Source of the DNA: Verrucomicrobiia bacterium Tous-C2TDCM
Lineage (GTDB): Bacteria; Verrucomicrobiota; Verrucomicrobiia; Verrucomicrobiales; DEV007
Direction of reading: 5' to 3'
Length of the DNA stretch: 57,906 bases
NCBI GenBank assembly: GCA_002288445.1
Contig: NEUQ01000001.1
Span: forward strand, 1 to 57,906
Made by a program: the position numbers and the translations under genes. Every line of letters begins with the position of its first letter. Within the stretch, counting starts at the first letter, position 1. Under the pieces are notes generated by a model, which was not told where the DNA came from, ran no database searches, and saw nothing but the letters and a program-made list of their open reading frames with translations. Below, one piece after another: positions 40,645-49,851 of the stretch.

Positions 40645-41481
40645 TCACACGACCTGTCCACCCTCGGGGATGAACTCGTCTCCGTGGTAGAGGCGGTAGC
40701 GCCCCAGACGGGAACGCAGTTTTAGCTCGGCACCGAAGGCTTCGGAAAGACTGAAGGAGTTGAGGGACCGCCGTTTTTCGCCTTGGGCGACGATGCGTCC
40801 GTCTCTCAGGACGAGGGCGTGGGTGATCGCGGGGAGGATCTCCTCGACATGGTGGGTGACGAGGAGAAGGGAGCGGAAAGATCCCTTTTGGGTGAGCTCT
40901 TCGACGAACTGGAGAAAGTTCTCGCGGGCGACAGGATCGAGTCCGGCGCAAGGTTCATCGAGGATGAGTATTTCCATCTTTTGAGACATCAAAGCCCGCC
41001 CGATCAGGACGCGCTGTCTCTCGCCCTGCGACATCGTCGCCCACGGCTGGTCTCGGAGACCGGAGGCGTTCACCTTTTCGAGGACCTTTTCGGCGGCGCG
41101 GATCTCGGCGGGATGGTCGTCGCCAGATTGCCAGTAGTTGACCATGGCGTGGCGGCCGGAGAGAACGATCTCGAGGGCGGTCTCGGCGGGTTCGATGAGC
41201 TGCGAGATGCTGCTGCTGACAAAGCCAATGCGCTTGCGCCAATCATCCCAACTCTGCGAGGCGGAGTTCACGGCATCTTCACGGCCGCGCAGCTGGACGT
41301 CGCCGGTAGTCGGCGTGAGATATCCCATGAGAACGTTGAGAAGCGAGGTCTTTCCCGAGCCATTGCCTCCGAGGATGACCCAATGCTGGTCGCGCTCCAC
41401 CTTGAGGTTGATCCCCTCGAGGATTTTTCGTCCGTTGCGTTGCACGGACACATTCTCCATCTCGAACACCGTCGCTGCCAT
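40645..41481 (-). CDS. ABC transporter ATP-binding protein (ModF/YlmA-like)
   Basis: GGNGSGKT, MSQGERQR, LILDEP, VTHH. Confidence 0.9.
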   Translation of the reverse strand: MAATVFEMENVSVQRNGRKILEGINLKVERDQHWVILGGNGSGKTSLLNVLMGYLTPTTGDVQLRGREDAVNSASQSWDDWRKRIGFVSSSISQLIEPAETALEIVLSGRHAMVNYWQSGDDHPAEIRAAEKVLEKVNASGLRDQPWATMSQGERQRVLIGRALMSQKMEILILDEPCAGLDPVARENFLQFVEELTQKGSFRSLLLVTHHVEEILPAITHALVLRDGRIVAQGEKRRSLNSFSLSEAFGAELKLRSRLGRYRLYHGDEFIPEGGQVV

Positions 41482-41557
41482 GATCGAAAGGCTAAGGGGC
41501 TCACCGCAGGATTTCCACCGAAAAAGGTTCCCCTGACGGGAGGACGGATGACCCGGT

Positions 41558-43528
41558 TTATGGTCCCCAGACGAAGCGCAGACCGCCGAAGGCTCCGAGT
41601 CCTGCGGCCTCATAGCCGCGGGTGGTTTCGTATTCGAGGTTGAAGACGTTTTCGAGACGTCCGTAGATCTCAAGGCGCTCGCTGATTTCATGGCTGCCGA
41701 AGATCCTGGCGACGGTGTAGTCGTCGAGGATGACCCCCGGGGAATCGAGTCGGTCGTAGGCCCCGGCGATCTCTGCGCCGAATTTCCAGCGGTCGCCGCT
41801 GAGGATAACGCCACCGGAGAGGGCGAACTCGGGTCGCCGGGGGAGCGGGTCGCCGGGATTGCCCCCAAAGCCGCCGAGGTATTCGCCGTCGGTGATGGTG
41901 GCGTCGAGCCAGGTGGCGTTGGCGTAAAGCCTGAGCTCTTCGGAAGGGGAAACGATGGCCTCTAGCTCGAAACCGGAGGATTCGGTGTCGACGATGGCGG
42001 GATCGACGAAGGTGAAGGGGTCGACGTCGATCAGGTGGTCGATGTCCGCCTCGAAATAGGTCAGTGCGAGTGAACTGCGCTCGTTCAGAACGTTCTGTCG
42101 GATGCCGAGCTCGCGGGTGGAGCTTTCTTCGGGCAAAAGGGTCGAGGGGTCGACGGTCGGTGCGAGAAAGATAAAATCCTGTCCTGAGGGAGCCTTGTAG
42201 CCGGTGCCGGCTTTGGCAAAGAGGGTCGTGTCGGTGGCCTCGAAGGTCCGCTCGAGGGATAGGGTCCACGTCGCCTTGCTCTCGAAGGAATCGTGGTCGT
42301 CATAGCGACCGGATGCGAGGAAATGGAAACCTGCGGGCAGCTCGAGATCCGCCTGGGTGAAGAGGCTGCCGTAGCCGTAATCAAAGGCGCTGGGCAGATT
42401 GAAGGGACCGAGGATCAGAGGGGTGCGGTCGAACTCATAGGTGTAATGACCGACCCCGAGGGTGTAGGTGGCGTCTTGGTCGGGATGCCAGTTGAAGGCC
42501 GCCTCGAACTCTTGTCCGGTCTGCTCGAGGAGGCTGTCGAGAGCGAAGACATCGCGGGTCGCCGCGAGTTCGTTTTGAGAAAAGCTGTAGAAGCTCGAGA
42601 AGTCCCAGTCGTCGCGGGTGATGCTGAATCGTGGCGAGAACAGCGAGGATTGGTTGTCGTTGAGCTGGGTCTCCGGGAAAGACGGACTGAGCGAAGAGCC
42701 TGGCACCTCAAGAAAGGAATCCTGAACGTAGCCGAGGATATCGAAGGAGACGCCATCGGCGATCTCGTAGGCGAGGTTGCCGCGGAGGACTTGGTTTTTG
42801 AAATCGGACCGGGGGCGGTCGTTGGCCGTCTCGACCCACGAGGTGTCGAGCGCAAGGGAGACCCGCCCGTCACGGACGGCGAGTTTGTGTCCAGTCCGGA
42901 GGGTTGAGAAGGATCCGGCCTCGACGAAGGAATTCAGAGTGTCTTCGGTGACATAGCGGGCATCGGTAGAGCGCAGGTCGATCGCGCCGCCGAGGGCGTC
43001 GGATCCGTAGAGCGAGCTGGAGGCACCGCGGAGGACCTGCACGGACTCGAGCGTGGAGACATCGAGATATTCGAGCTGGTAAAGACCGGCGAGTCCCGGC
43101 GGGAGACGACGTCCGTTCAAGAGGACGACAGCATGGTTACTCTCCATGCCCCGAATGAAGAGGGAGCTTTGTGCGCCAGTCTGTCCGGCCTGGACCAAAT
43201 GGACTCCGGCGGTGTGCTGGAGGATATCTCCGAGGTCGCGACGTTGCGAGGTTCGGATCTCGGCACCGGAGATCGTATCGACCGACGGGAGAAGGTCGCG
43301 GCGCCCTTTGGCGTCCTCGATGGTCCGCGTGGCGATGAGCGGGGTGAAGGCCTCCTGCACGATTTCTTGGCGAAGAATGGCGGTGCGGTCGGGGCCGTTG
43401 GCTTCGACCGTGGTAACATCAAGGGTGGCGACGGGATCCACGAGAGTCGAGACGATCCCCTCATCCGCCCTCAGGCCCGAGGAAACGAAAAGCAGAAGAA
43501 AAAAACAAATCAAAGAATCACGATTCAT
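41558..43528 (-). CDS. TonB-dependent receptor, BtuB-like
   Basis: Signal peptide; plug SSLFIRGMESNH...VLRGASSSLYGSDALGG; barrel PEES and RLENVFN. Confidence 0.88.
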   Translation of the reverse strand: MNRDSLICFFLLLFVSSGLRADEGIVSTLVDPVATLDVTTVEANGPDRTAILRQEIVQEAFTPLIATRTIEDAKGRRDLLPSVDTISGAEIRTSQRRDLGDILQHTAGVHLVQAGQTGAQSSLFIRGMESNHAVVLLNGRRLPPGLAGLYQLEYLDVSTLESVQVLRGASSSLYGSDALGGAIDLRSTDARYVTEDTLNSFVEAGSFSTLRTGHKLAVRDGRVSLALDTSWVETANDRPRSDFKNQVLRGNLAYEIADGVSFDILGYVQDSFLEVPGSSLSPSFPETQLNDNQSSLFSPRFSITRDDWDFSSFYSFSQNELAATRDVFALDSLLEQTGQEFEAAFNWHPDQDATYTLGVGHYTYEFDRTPLILGPFNLPSAFDYGYGSLFTQADLELPAGFHFLASGRYDDHDSFESKATWTLSLERTFEATDTTLFAKAGTGYKAPSGQDFIFLAPTVDPSTLLPEESSTRELGIRQNVLNERSSLALTYFEADIDHLIDVDPFTFVDPAIVDTESSGFELEAIVSPSEELRLYANATWLDATITDGEYLGGFGGNPGDPLPRRPEFALSGGVILSGDRWKFGAEIAGAYDRLDSPGVILDDYTVARIFGSHEISERLEIYGRLENVFNLEYETTRGYEAAGLGAFGGLRFVWGP

Positions 43529-43606
43529 AGATTTGAATTAGATGGGACTCCCTCCGGCTGCAAGCGAATTTTTCCCCCTCGCCGCCGCGTATGACAAAAA
43601 CCGAGC

Positions 43607-43635
43607 TTGCGAAGCCGAGTCACCTAGAGCATTCT
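43607..43635 (+). promoter_or_regulatory. Candidate promoter of the riboswitch leader
   Basis: TTGCGA, 17 bp, CATTCT. This would place +1 at ~43641, the start of P1. Confidence 0.45.
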
Positions 43636-43637
43636 TC

Positions 43638-43775
43638 CACAGCATCAGGAGTGGCCCGGCGAAAGTCGGGTCCGGCAACCGGGCTTGGAGAAGCCAAGGT
43701 GCCTTGGAGGTTGTCGCGGGAGACCGCGGCTTTTTCCGATGTGCGGGCCTTTGGTCCGAACAGCAACTTCTCCGG
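43638..43775 (+). ncRNA. SAM riboswitch, SAM-I/IV-type
   Basis: P1 GCATC (43642) / GATGT (43738); J1/2 AGGAG; P2 GGCCCGGC-GAAA-GTCGGGTC; P3 core GGCAACC...GGTGCC; P4 GTCGCGG-GAGA-CCGCGGC; P5 CGGGCC-TTT-GGTCCG; possible pseudoknot GGAGAAG (43687) / CTTCTCC (43767). Confidence 0.85.
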
Positions 43776-43845
43776 GGAATGACCCGCGCGACGCGGTGAG
43801 CCCCAGACCTGGTGCGGTAACTGAATTCCACAGAAACTGCATCAC

Positions 43846-44097
43846 ATGACCTATCTCGACCTGCTTGAAGAACACGGTGGCACGAGCGTCTCCGTCCTCG
43901 CTGGAACCCTCGCGGTGCGGACCGCCGGTGAAAATCCCGACCACCACCTTTGGAATAACCGGGGCACTTGGTGGTGTCATTTCACGCTTCACCGGCCCGA
44001 CTACACGGCCGAGCGCGTGCGGGTCTCCCTGCGCACCCGGGAAGTCGAAGAGGCTCGCCTGCGGCGGGATGATCTTTTGCGGCGCTTTTCGCGCTAA
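43846..44097 (+). CDS. Uncharacterised 83-aa protein downstream of the SAM riboswitch
   Basis: ATG start in an intergenic gap, on the same strand as the riboswitch; NPDHHLWNNRGTWWCHFT...RVRVSLRTREVEEARLRRD. Confidence 0.75.
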   Translation: MTYLDLLEEHGGTSVSVLAGTLAVRTAGENPDHHLWNNRGTWWCHFTLHRPDYTAERVRVSLRTREVEEARLRRDDLLRRFSR

Positions 44098-44288
44098 GGT
44101 GATGCAGCCTTTCACCCCGACCGCCTTCGGTGCCTCGGTGAGCGAGATTTTTCCAGCCCTCTTCGTTCCGTCGATCCCGGCAAATTTTCGCGATTGGCCA
44201 GCCTGCATGCAGCGCCGCTATCGCGAGCACGCCCTTGCAGCGGTAGTCGCTCCGGCCAAGGGCGGGGAGGGGAGGAAAGGGTTCCCGA

Positions 44289-46232
44289 TCAGAACGACGA
44301 GGCGGCCTCCAGACCCAGTTTCGTGCGCTCGGCCCTGAAGGTGGCGATGGTCGTCCGAACCTCGCGCAGACGCTGTTCGGCGATGGACGAGGTCTTGTTC
44401 GTCAGTTCTAGATAACGCTGTGCCGCTTCGACAAGGTCTTCGGCACTACCGAGGAGGTCGCGCGCTTCGATGGGGATCTCGGCTCGGAGCTTCAGAAACT
44501 GCGCGTCGCTCCGGTCGATCGCCGCGTCGAGGGCGTTGAAGTCCTCGTCGTCGCCCTCGAGGGCCAGAAACGGAGCCACTGACTGATCAATCCTTGTGGC
44601 AAACTGGGAGAGGAGGATATCGGGCGTGACGGGGCGCGTTCCGTATTCGAGCATGGCCCAGGCGCTGAGGTGCGACGGAAAGGTGGCAAGGATGCCGCGC
44701 AGTTTCTCTTGCGCCGATGGAATCTTGGCGAGGTCTTGAAGATCAACCCGGGTGGCTGGATCCGATCGAAGGGACACTTCGCGGATCTCGTTGAAAACGG
44801 CCGAGGCAGAGATGAGCGCGGCATCGGTCGGGGCGGTGAGCCGGGCGAGGGCTTCGTCGGCGTCGGTATAGGCGATCAGTTCTTTCTCGAAGAGGAGTTC
44901 GAGTCGGTTTGATTTTTGGAGGTAGGCGACGAGTGACTCGCCGACCGTGGCGGGAAGGAATATGTAAGGTCGGCCGAGCCCAGCTGCCGCGGCAAGCGCA
45001 GAGAGGGTGTCGCCCGGCAGTGTGACCTGCCGATTGGTGGGGTCGATCTCGCCGAGAAGGACAAAATCCGCATTCACCGGCTGATTGGCTAGCACGCTCT
45101 CGACGAGGACGAGGGCGGGAAGAAAAGCGTCGGCGCGGAGAGGCCGACGGGCGCCCGGTGGCTCGGCCTCCGGGGTGAAGCGGACTTCGCCCACCGCCCC
45201 CGCCGCCCACCTGCGACCGGGAAGGACCGTCGAGGGGAGGGCAAAGGCATTCAAAATCAGGTCCCCGTCCGAGGGAATGAGAGGGAACGTCGCGGCGTTG
45301 GCGCTTTCGAGAAGCAAGGCGCGCTCGGGTCCGTTGACAGGGCCGCGCAGCGTCAGCGAGACGGTGCCGCCGACCGGAGTCTGCTCGACTCCGACCAGAC
45401 GGACCGTGGCGAGAGAGGCAGTGATCGGCTCGATCTGAGGCAAAGTCATGCGGGGAGGCCGGATCGCCGGGGGGGCTGCAGGTGGCGCGGGTGAGCCGGG
45501 TGTCGTGGAGACCGTGGCGTTGGGGTTCACCGGGATGGCCGCGGCGGAAACGGCAGGCATGGCGACGGCGGGCTTGCGGCGCTTTTGGCGGTGCTGTGCG
45601 ACCGATTCCTCGAACAGAGCGAGGGAACGCTCGGTCGATCGGTTGGAGCCGCGCTGCAGCTTCACGATGTTCTCCCATTGCGGGGCTTGGCCATCGCAGA
45701 CGGTGGCAAAGGTTTGGAGCTGTTCTACCGTTGGCTTGGAGCGGGTGAGCAGAGAGAGCTCGAGAAGGAACTCGGCGAGACGGCGCTCTTCCGGATCGAG
45801 GGGCGGTTCGGCGAGGCGGTTGCCGATTGCCCAGAGGATCTCCGAGACCGAGTCGAGATTGTCGAAAACAGCGATCGAGGGCGGGGTAGCTCCTCTCGCT
45901 AGTTCGCGATGGGCGACTCGCGAGGAGTGGTGAAGGGGATCGAGGCGCAGCGCGATGGCAAGGGACTTTTCCCGCAGATCGTCATCGACCCGCTCGTTGG
46001 CGTTGAAATTCGACCCGATCGCGGCGAGGGCCTCGAGCAGGCTTGAGCGGTCTTGCTCTGCCAGAAAAATCCCATCCGCCGAGAAAAGTCCGGGTCCGAT
46101 TTCGGGCGGGTCGTAGGCCCGGGCTCCTTCTCCCGCCGCGAAGAGCAGGGAGAGTCCCAGCAGAATGGTGGAGCCCCGCGGCCAGCGACGCGTGCGGAGC
46201 TCGCCCGGAGTCGATTTGATTCTCAAGATCAC
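44289..46232 (-). CDS. Exported hypothetical protein with a Pro-rich linker and a possible degenerate Lon/S16-like domain
   Basis: Signal-like segment, helical N-domain, Pro/Ala linker, and VNADFVLLGEID resembling the Lon-C TGEI segment. Confidence 0.65.
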   Translation of the reverse strand: MILRIKSTPGELRTRRWPRGSTILLGLSLLFAAGEGARAYDPPEIGPGLFSADGIFLAEQDRSSLLEALAAIGSNFNANERVDDDLREKSLAIALRLDPLHHSSRVAHRELARGATPPSIAVFDNLDSVSEILWAIGNRLAEPPLDPEERRLAEFLLELSLLTRSKPTVEQLQTFATVCDGQAPQWENIVKLQRGSNRSTERSLALFEESVAQHRQKRRKPAVAMPAVSAAAIPVNPNATVSTTPGSPAPPAAPPAIRPPRMTLPQIEPITASLATVRLVGVEQTPVGGTVSLTLRGPVNGPERALLLESANAATFPLIPSDGDLILNAFALPSTVLPGRRWAAGAVGEVRFTPEAEPPGARRPLRADAFLPALVLVESVLANQPVNADFVLLGEIDPTNRQVTLPGDTLSALAAAAGLGRPYIFLPATVGESLVAYLQKSNRLELLFEKELIAYTDADEALARLTAPTDAALISASAVFNEIREVSLRSDPATRVDLQDLAKIPSAQEKLRGILATFPSHLSAWAMLEYGTRPVTPDILLSQFATRIDQSVAPFLALEGDDEDFNALDAAIDRSDAQFLKLRAEIPIEARDLLGSAEDLVEAAQRYLELTNKTSSIAEQRLREVRTTIATFRAERTKLGLEAASSF

Positions 46233-46322
46233 GCCAGCGATGCTACCATTCTCGCTTCGGGCTGTCCACGGTGCACTGCCGCGCCCCTGGAATTTCCGGG
46301 AGAGCCATTCCTAATCCATCGC

Positions 46323-46730
46323 ATGATTGAAGCTGAAATTTCCGAAACGATCCCATTTTACGACACCGACTGCGGGGGTGTCGTGTCGAACATCGCCTAT
46401 CTTCGCTACGTCGAAAAAGCCCGCACCGCCCTTTTTGCCGGGCTCGGAATGCCGGCTTCCGAGATGATCGCGACGGGACTCTTTCCGGCAGTCGTCCGCA
46501 CCGAGGTCGATTATCATTCCCCGGCCCGTCTCGGCGACGAGATTCGCGTGGTGGCCAGCCTCGTGGCAGTCCAGAAAGTGCGAGCAGTTTGCGAGTTCCG
46601 TCTCATGGCTCGGGCTCCGGGAGGCGAGCCGCGGGCGGTCGCGTCGGCGAGCCAGATCGTCGCCCTCGTCCAGTTGCCCGAAGGTCGGCCGCGACGGATG
46701 CCGTCCGAGTGGCTCGGGCTCATCGATTGA
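46323..46730 (+). CDS. Acyl-CoA thioesterase (4HBT/YbgC hotdog family)
   Basis: FYDTDCGGVVSNIAYLRYVEKAR and YHSPARLGD. Confidence 0.9.
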   Translation: MIEAEISETIPFYDTDCGGVVSNIAYLRYVEKARTALFAGLGMPASEMIATGLFPAVVRTEVDYHSPARLGDEIRVVASLVAVQKVRAVCEFRLMARAPGGEPRAVASASQIVALVQLPEGRPRRMPSEWLGLID

Positions 46731-46831
46731 AAATAGGGCTTTTTTCGGGGTCACGCGCCTTGGCTCGATTTTCATCTTGCCGAAAAGAGGCGTTTCAATC
46801 ACCCTGTAAACCCATCTTGCGATGTCCACCC

Positions 46832-47422
46832 ATGAGCGATGCCGAAGCCGTCCCGACCGCTGGAATTCTGTTTTCCGTTCTCAAACGCGGCGAGCGCGAC
46901 CCTCTCGGGCCTTATTCGGATGAGGAACTCCTCGCCCTGCTGAACGCGGAGCAGATCAGCGTCCAAGACTACGTGTATTATGACGGCATCGGGGAGTGGA
47001 AGCCGCTTCACGAGGTCTTTGAGGTGCAGGAGCAGATCACCCATTTCGTTGACGACGGTCAGGATACCCAGCGAGTCGGGATCGCGTTCCGCGAAGTATC
47101 GAACGTCGTGGGTGCGGGCGAGAGTATCTACTACATCGCGGTCCAGGCCAAAGCGGGCCTCCTCAGCAAGACCAAGCAATGCCTGATCCTGACAGACCGT
47201 CATCTCTTCCTCATGACCGAAAACCGAAAGGGTTATGAGCTCGAGGCTCATCCTTGGAAGGCGGTGACAAACACCCTGATGCGCGACGAAGGCAAGGGCC
47301 TCGGGACATTTTCGATTCTTCTTGGTGGGGAGCGCCGCACCGACATTGCCCACATCCCACTGAAGCAGGTCCACCGTCTCTTCCAGCTCTCGCAGGAGAT
47401 GAAGGAAGGTGTCGCCATCTGA
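46832..47422 (+). CDS. GYF_2 (DUF4339) domain plus bacterial PH-like domain protein
   Basis: GPYSDEELLALL...YVYYDGIGEWKPL, then GESIYYIAVQ...LILTDRHL. Confidence 0.7.
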   Translation: MSDAEAVPTAGILFSVLKRGERDPLGPYSDEELLALLNAEQISVQDYVYYDGIGEWKPLHEVFEVQEQITHFVDDGQDTQRVGIAFREVSNVVGAGESIYYIAVQAKAGLLSKTKQCLILTDRHLFLMTENRKGYELEAHPWKAVTNTLMRDEGKGLGTFSILLGGERRTDIAHIPLKQVHRLFQLSQEMKEGVAI

Positions 47423-47432
47423 CCTCCGCCCC

Positions 47433-47840
47433 TCAGCGTTTCCCAAGATACTTGGCCATAGACCGGAGCAGAGCTTCGGCGAGATCCGGATAGGCTCCGA
47501 AGAGCTGGTGCAGGGCACGGTGTGGGATGCAGAGGCAGGTCGAGGCCGACGCGATTCGGACCGTTGCCGTCGCCGGGGTCATCGAGACCGCGCTGATCTG
47601 TCCCACGACCTCTCCCGGTCGAGAGACCTGGTTGATCGGCTCGCCACCGATGAGGATATCCAGTCCACCGGACAGCAGGATCCAGAGTTGCTGGCTGGGC
47701 TCGCCTTGGCTCACGATCTCGGTGCCGACGGCTGGCTCGCGCACCGTTCCGCTGCGAACCAGTTCGCCAAGAGAGCGCTCGCTGACGCTGGAAAAGTCGG
47801 AGCTGGCCCGGAGGACCTCGATCAATGCGGCTTCGTTCAT
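47433..47840 (-). CDS. Stand-alone cyclic nucleotide-binding domain protein
   Basis: IVSQGE, LWILLSG, PGEVVGQIS, TATVR. Confidence 0.8.
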   Translation of the reverse strand: MNEAALIEVLRASSDFSSVSERSLGELVRSGTVREPAVGTEIVSQGEPSQQLWILLSGGLDILIGGEPINQVSRPGEVVGQISAVSMTPATATVRIASASTCLCIPHRALHQLFGAYPDLAEALLRSMAKYLGKR

Positions 47841-47963
47841 GGGAACGAAGTTCTAACACCCTCCCGAAGTGGGATTCAATGCGCATTTTTCGGAGGTCCG
47901 TGTTCGCGTGGAAGCAAAAGCGGACGTATTTTGACTGCGGCGGCACCAGCCCACCTCCTCCCC

Positions 47964-48770
47964 ATGTCCGACGACCTTGACAAAGACGCGGTCCCCGAAG
48001 CGATCGAGATCCAATGCTACTTCGTGCGCGAGCGCAACGCCCTGCTCGTGCGCGGTGATTTTTCTCCAATCTACACCGACTATTACCTGCACCTGATGCA
48101 ACACGGCATCCGGCACCTCCCCGAACAGGATCTTTTGCTGAAGGACGGTCTCGCTGCTCTCGGTCTCCATCTCGCCGCGCGTCCGTGGAACGAGGCCATC
48201 GCTTGGACCTTGAGCTGGCAGGATCCCCTGCAGAATGTCTTCCTCACCGGCAGCAACCGCGCTGGGAATCTCGTCGGCCGCCTCTTCACCGAGGATGTTC
48301 GTGAGCGCGACCAGAATCTTTTCATCTCCCAGGTCAGCGTGGCGGGACGCGAGCCGCGGCAAAGCCTGATCGAGGCGCATTCGCTCGACTTTTTTGAACT
48401 TGCCGAATCCTACTACACCCGAAGTGAACAGCGTCCCGCCCGCTACTTCCGCCTTGGCGGCGACGATTTTGTGATGATCTCGGCCCAGCCAGAATGCGAC
48501 CTGAATTGGCTCTTCGCCCTCGACGAAGAGGCGATTCGGGAGATCGACCAGAGAGAAACCCTGAGCCTCCTCGAGGTAAGGCACTATCGATTTGACTGCG
48601 GCTGCGGGCCCGAGCGCATCTATTCCATCATCGCGAACATGAACGAAGAATCCCTCGAAGCGGTCTTCGACGGCAGTGAAGTCATCGCGGCCGGGTGTCC
48701 GCGGTGCGGCGCCCGCTACACGATCACCAGCGAGGCTCTCGAGGCCTTCCGTCGCGAACAGGAAAAGTGA
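47964..48770 (+). CDS. Hsp33-family redox chaperone-like protein
   Basis: YYTRSEQ and a C-terminal zinc switch FDCGC...CPRC. Confidence 0.8.
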   Translation: MSDDLDKDAVPEAIEIQCYFVRERNALLVRGDFSPIYTDYYLHLMQHGIRHLPEQDLLLKDGLAALGLHLAARPWNEAIAWTLSWQDPLQNVFLTGSNRAGNLVGRLFTEDVRERDQNLFISQVSVAGREPRQSLIEAHSLDFFELAESYYTRSEQRPARYFRLGGDDFVMISAQPECDLNWLFALDEEAIREIDQRETLSLLEVRHYRFDCGCGPERIYSIIANMNEESLEAVFDGSEVIAAGCPRCGARYTITSEALEAFRREQEK

Positions 48771-48774
48771 GGGG

Positions 48775-49077
48775 ATGAAACCGAGTCGGAAAGATGAAGC
48801 GAAACGCCGCGAACAGGAACTCGCGTGGATCGGCGATACCATCCTCGATCTCTTTGCCCGCGAATGGATCCTGCGCGAGCGGGGCGGCGTTTGCGGGGAA
48901 ACTCAGCGTCGCATGACTTGCAATCAATTCCTCGCCTGCTTCGGGAACCCCACTTCGATCGAGGCGAGGATCGGGGAGCTTTATCAAAATCAGGGCATGG
49001 AGTCCGCTTTTGCCTGGATTCAGGCCGAACTCCTTCCCGTTTTTGAGAAACAAGAGCGAAATCGGAGGGAATTCTAA
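48775..49077 (+). CDS. Minimal RNase III-domain protein (100 aa)
   Basis: ELAWIGDTILDL signature and SIEARIG; no dsRBD. Confidence 0.7.
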   Translation: MKPSRKDEAKRREQELAWIGDTILDLFAREWILRERGGVCGETQRRMTCNQFLACFGNPTSIEARIGELYQNQGMESAFAWIQAELLPVFEKQERNRREF

Positions 49078-49157
49078 AAAAATCCCCGTTTTACTAAGTT
49101 TGTCTCCAGATGGATCGTCTCCCCTCGGCCTGTCAGGCTTTTTTGTTGGAACGCCCT

Positions 49158-49757
49158 ATGAACTCTCTCCCGACCCCCGCCGGCAACCCAAAGATCCGAC
49201 CGGTCCAAGCACTGGCACTTCTCTCGCTTGCCACCGCCGCACTGCTCTCCTCCTGCACCACCATCGGGACGACTGATGGGGCCGGGATGAGCGGATCGGG
49301 CGCCGTCGCTGGACAACTGACGCCCTCGCAATTGAACCATCCTCAGGTGAAGGCCCGCAACGCCGTGCTCGCGACCGAGGCCCCGGGGAACTATTTCATC
49401 GGGCGGCGCTGGTGGACCGACGGGACTCGTTTCTGGGGTTACCTCCGCGAGCCCGGCCAGCCCTGGTCGACCGCCAAGCTCGTGATCATGAACGAGAGCG
49501 CGATGAAGCAGCCCGACCGCATTCCGGAGGAAGGCTCCCTCCAAGTCCACGGCTTCGACCACAATTATGAATATCGCATTTGGGGCAGCTTTACCGGGCA
49601 GAAGATCTACGATCCCAATTCGAATTTCGTGATTCCCGAATTCCGGCTCTCGAAATACGAGTTGATCAGCGAGAACCCCGGCTTCCTTTTCTACCCCGGC
49701 GAGAAATACAACCCGCGTCACCTACCCGAGGTGCATCCGCCTTTTCCGGGGAGTTGA
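49158..49757 (+). CDS. Hypothetical lipoprotein
   Basis: Lipobox LSSC after a hydrophobic stretch; aromatic-rich globular domain. Confidence 0.75.
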   Translation: MNSLPTPAGNPKIRPVQALALLSLATAALLSSCTTIGTTDGAGMSGSGAVAGQLTPSQLNHPQVKARNAVLATEAPGNYFIGRRWWTDGTRFWGYLREPGQPWSTAKLVIMNESAMKQPDRIPEEGSLQVHGFDHNYEYRIWGSFTGQKIYDPNSNFVIPEFRLSKYELISENPGFLFYPGEKYNPRHLPEVHPPFPGS

Positions 49758-49851
49758 CTAGGCTCGCCCGAACACCCCGGGCCTGCCCTCGCAATCCTGC
49801 CTCGCAAGCCCGCCTCGGAGGAGGCTGCGCGTCGGCGGGGGCGCGGACGAC

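Noticed and set aside
43529-43845. Cobalamin riboswitch upstream of the BtuB-like receptor
   Set aside because: No B12-box or cobalamin core motifs were seen on the - strand. The structured RNA reads as a SAM aptamer on the + strand, pointing away from the receptor.
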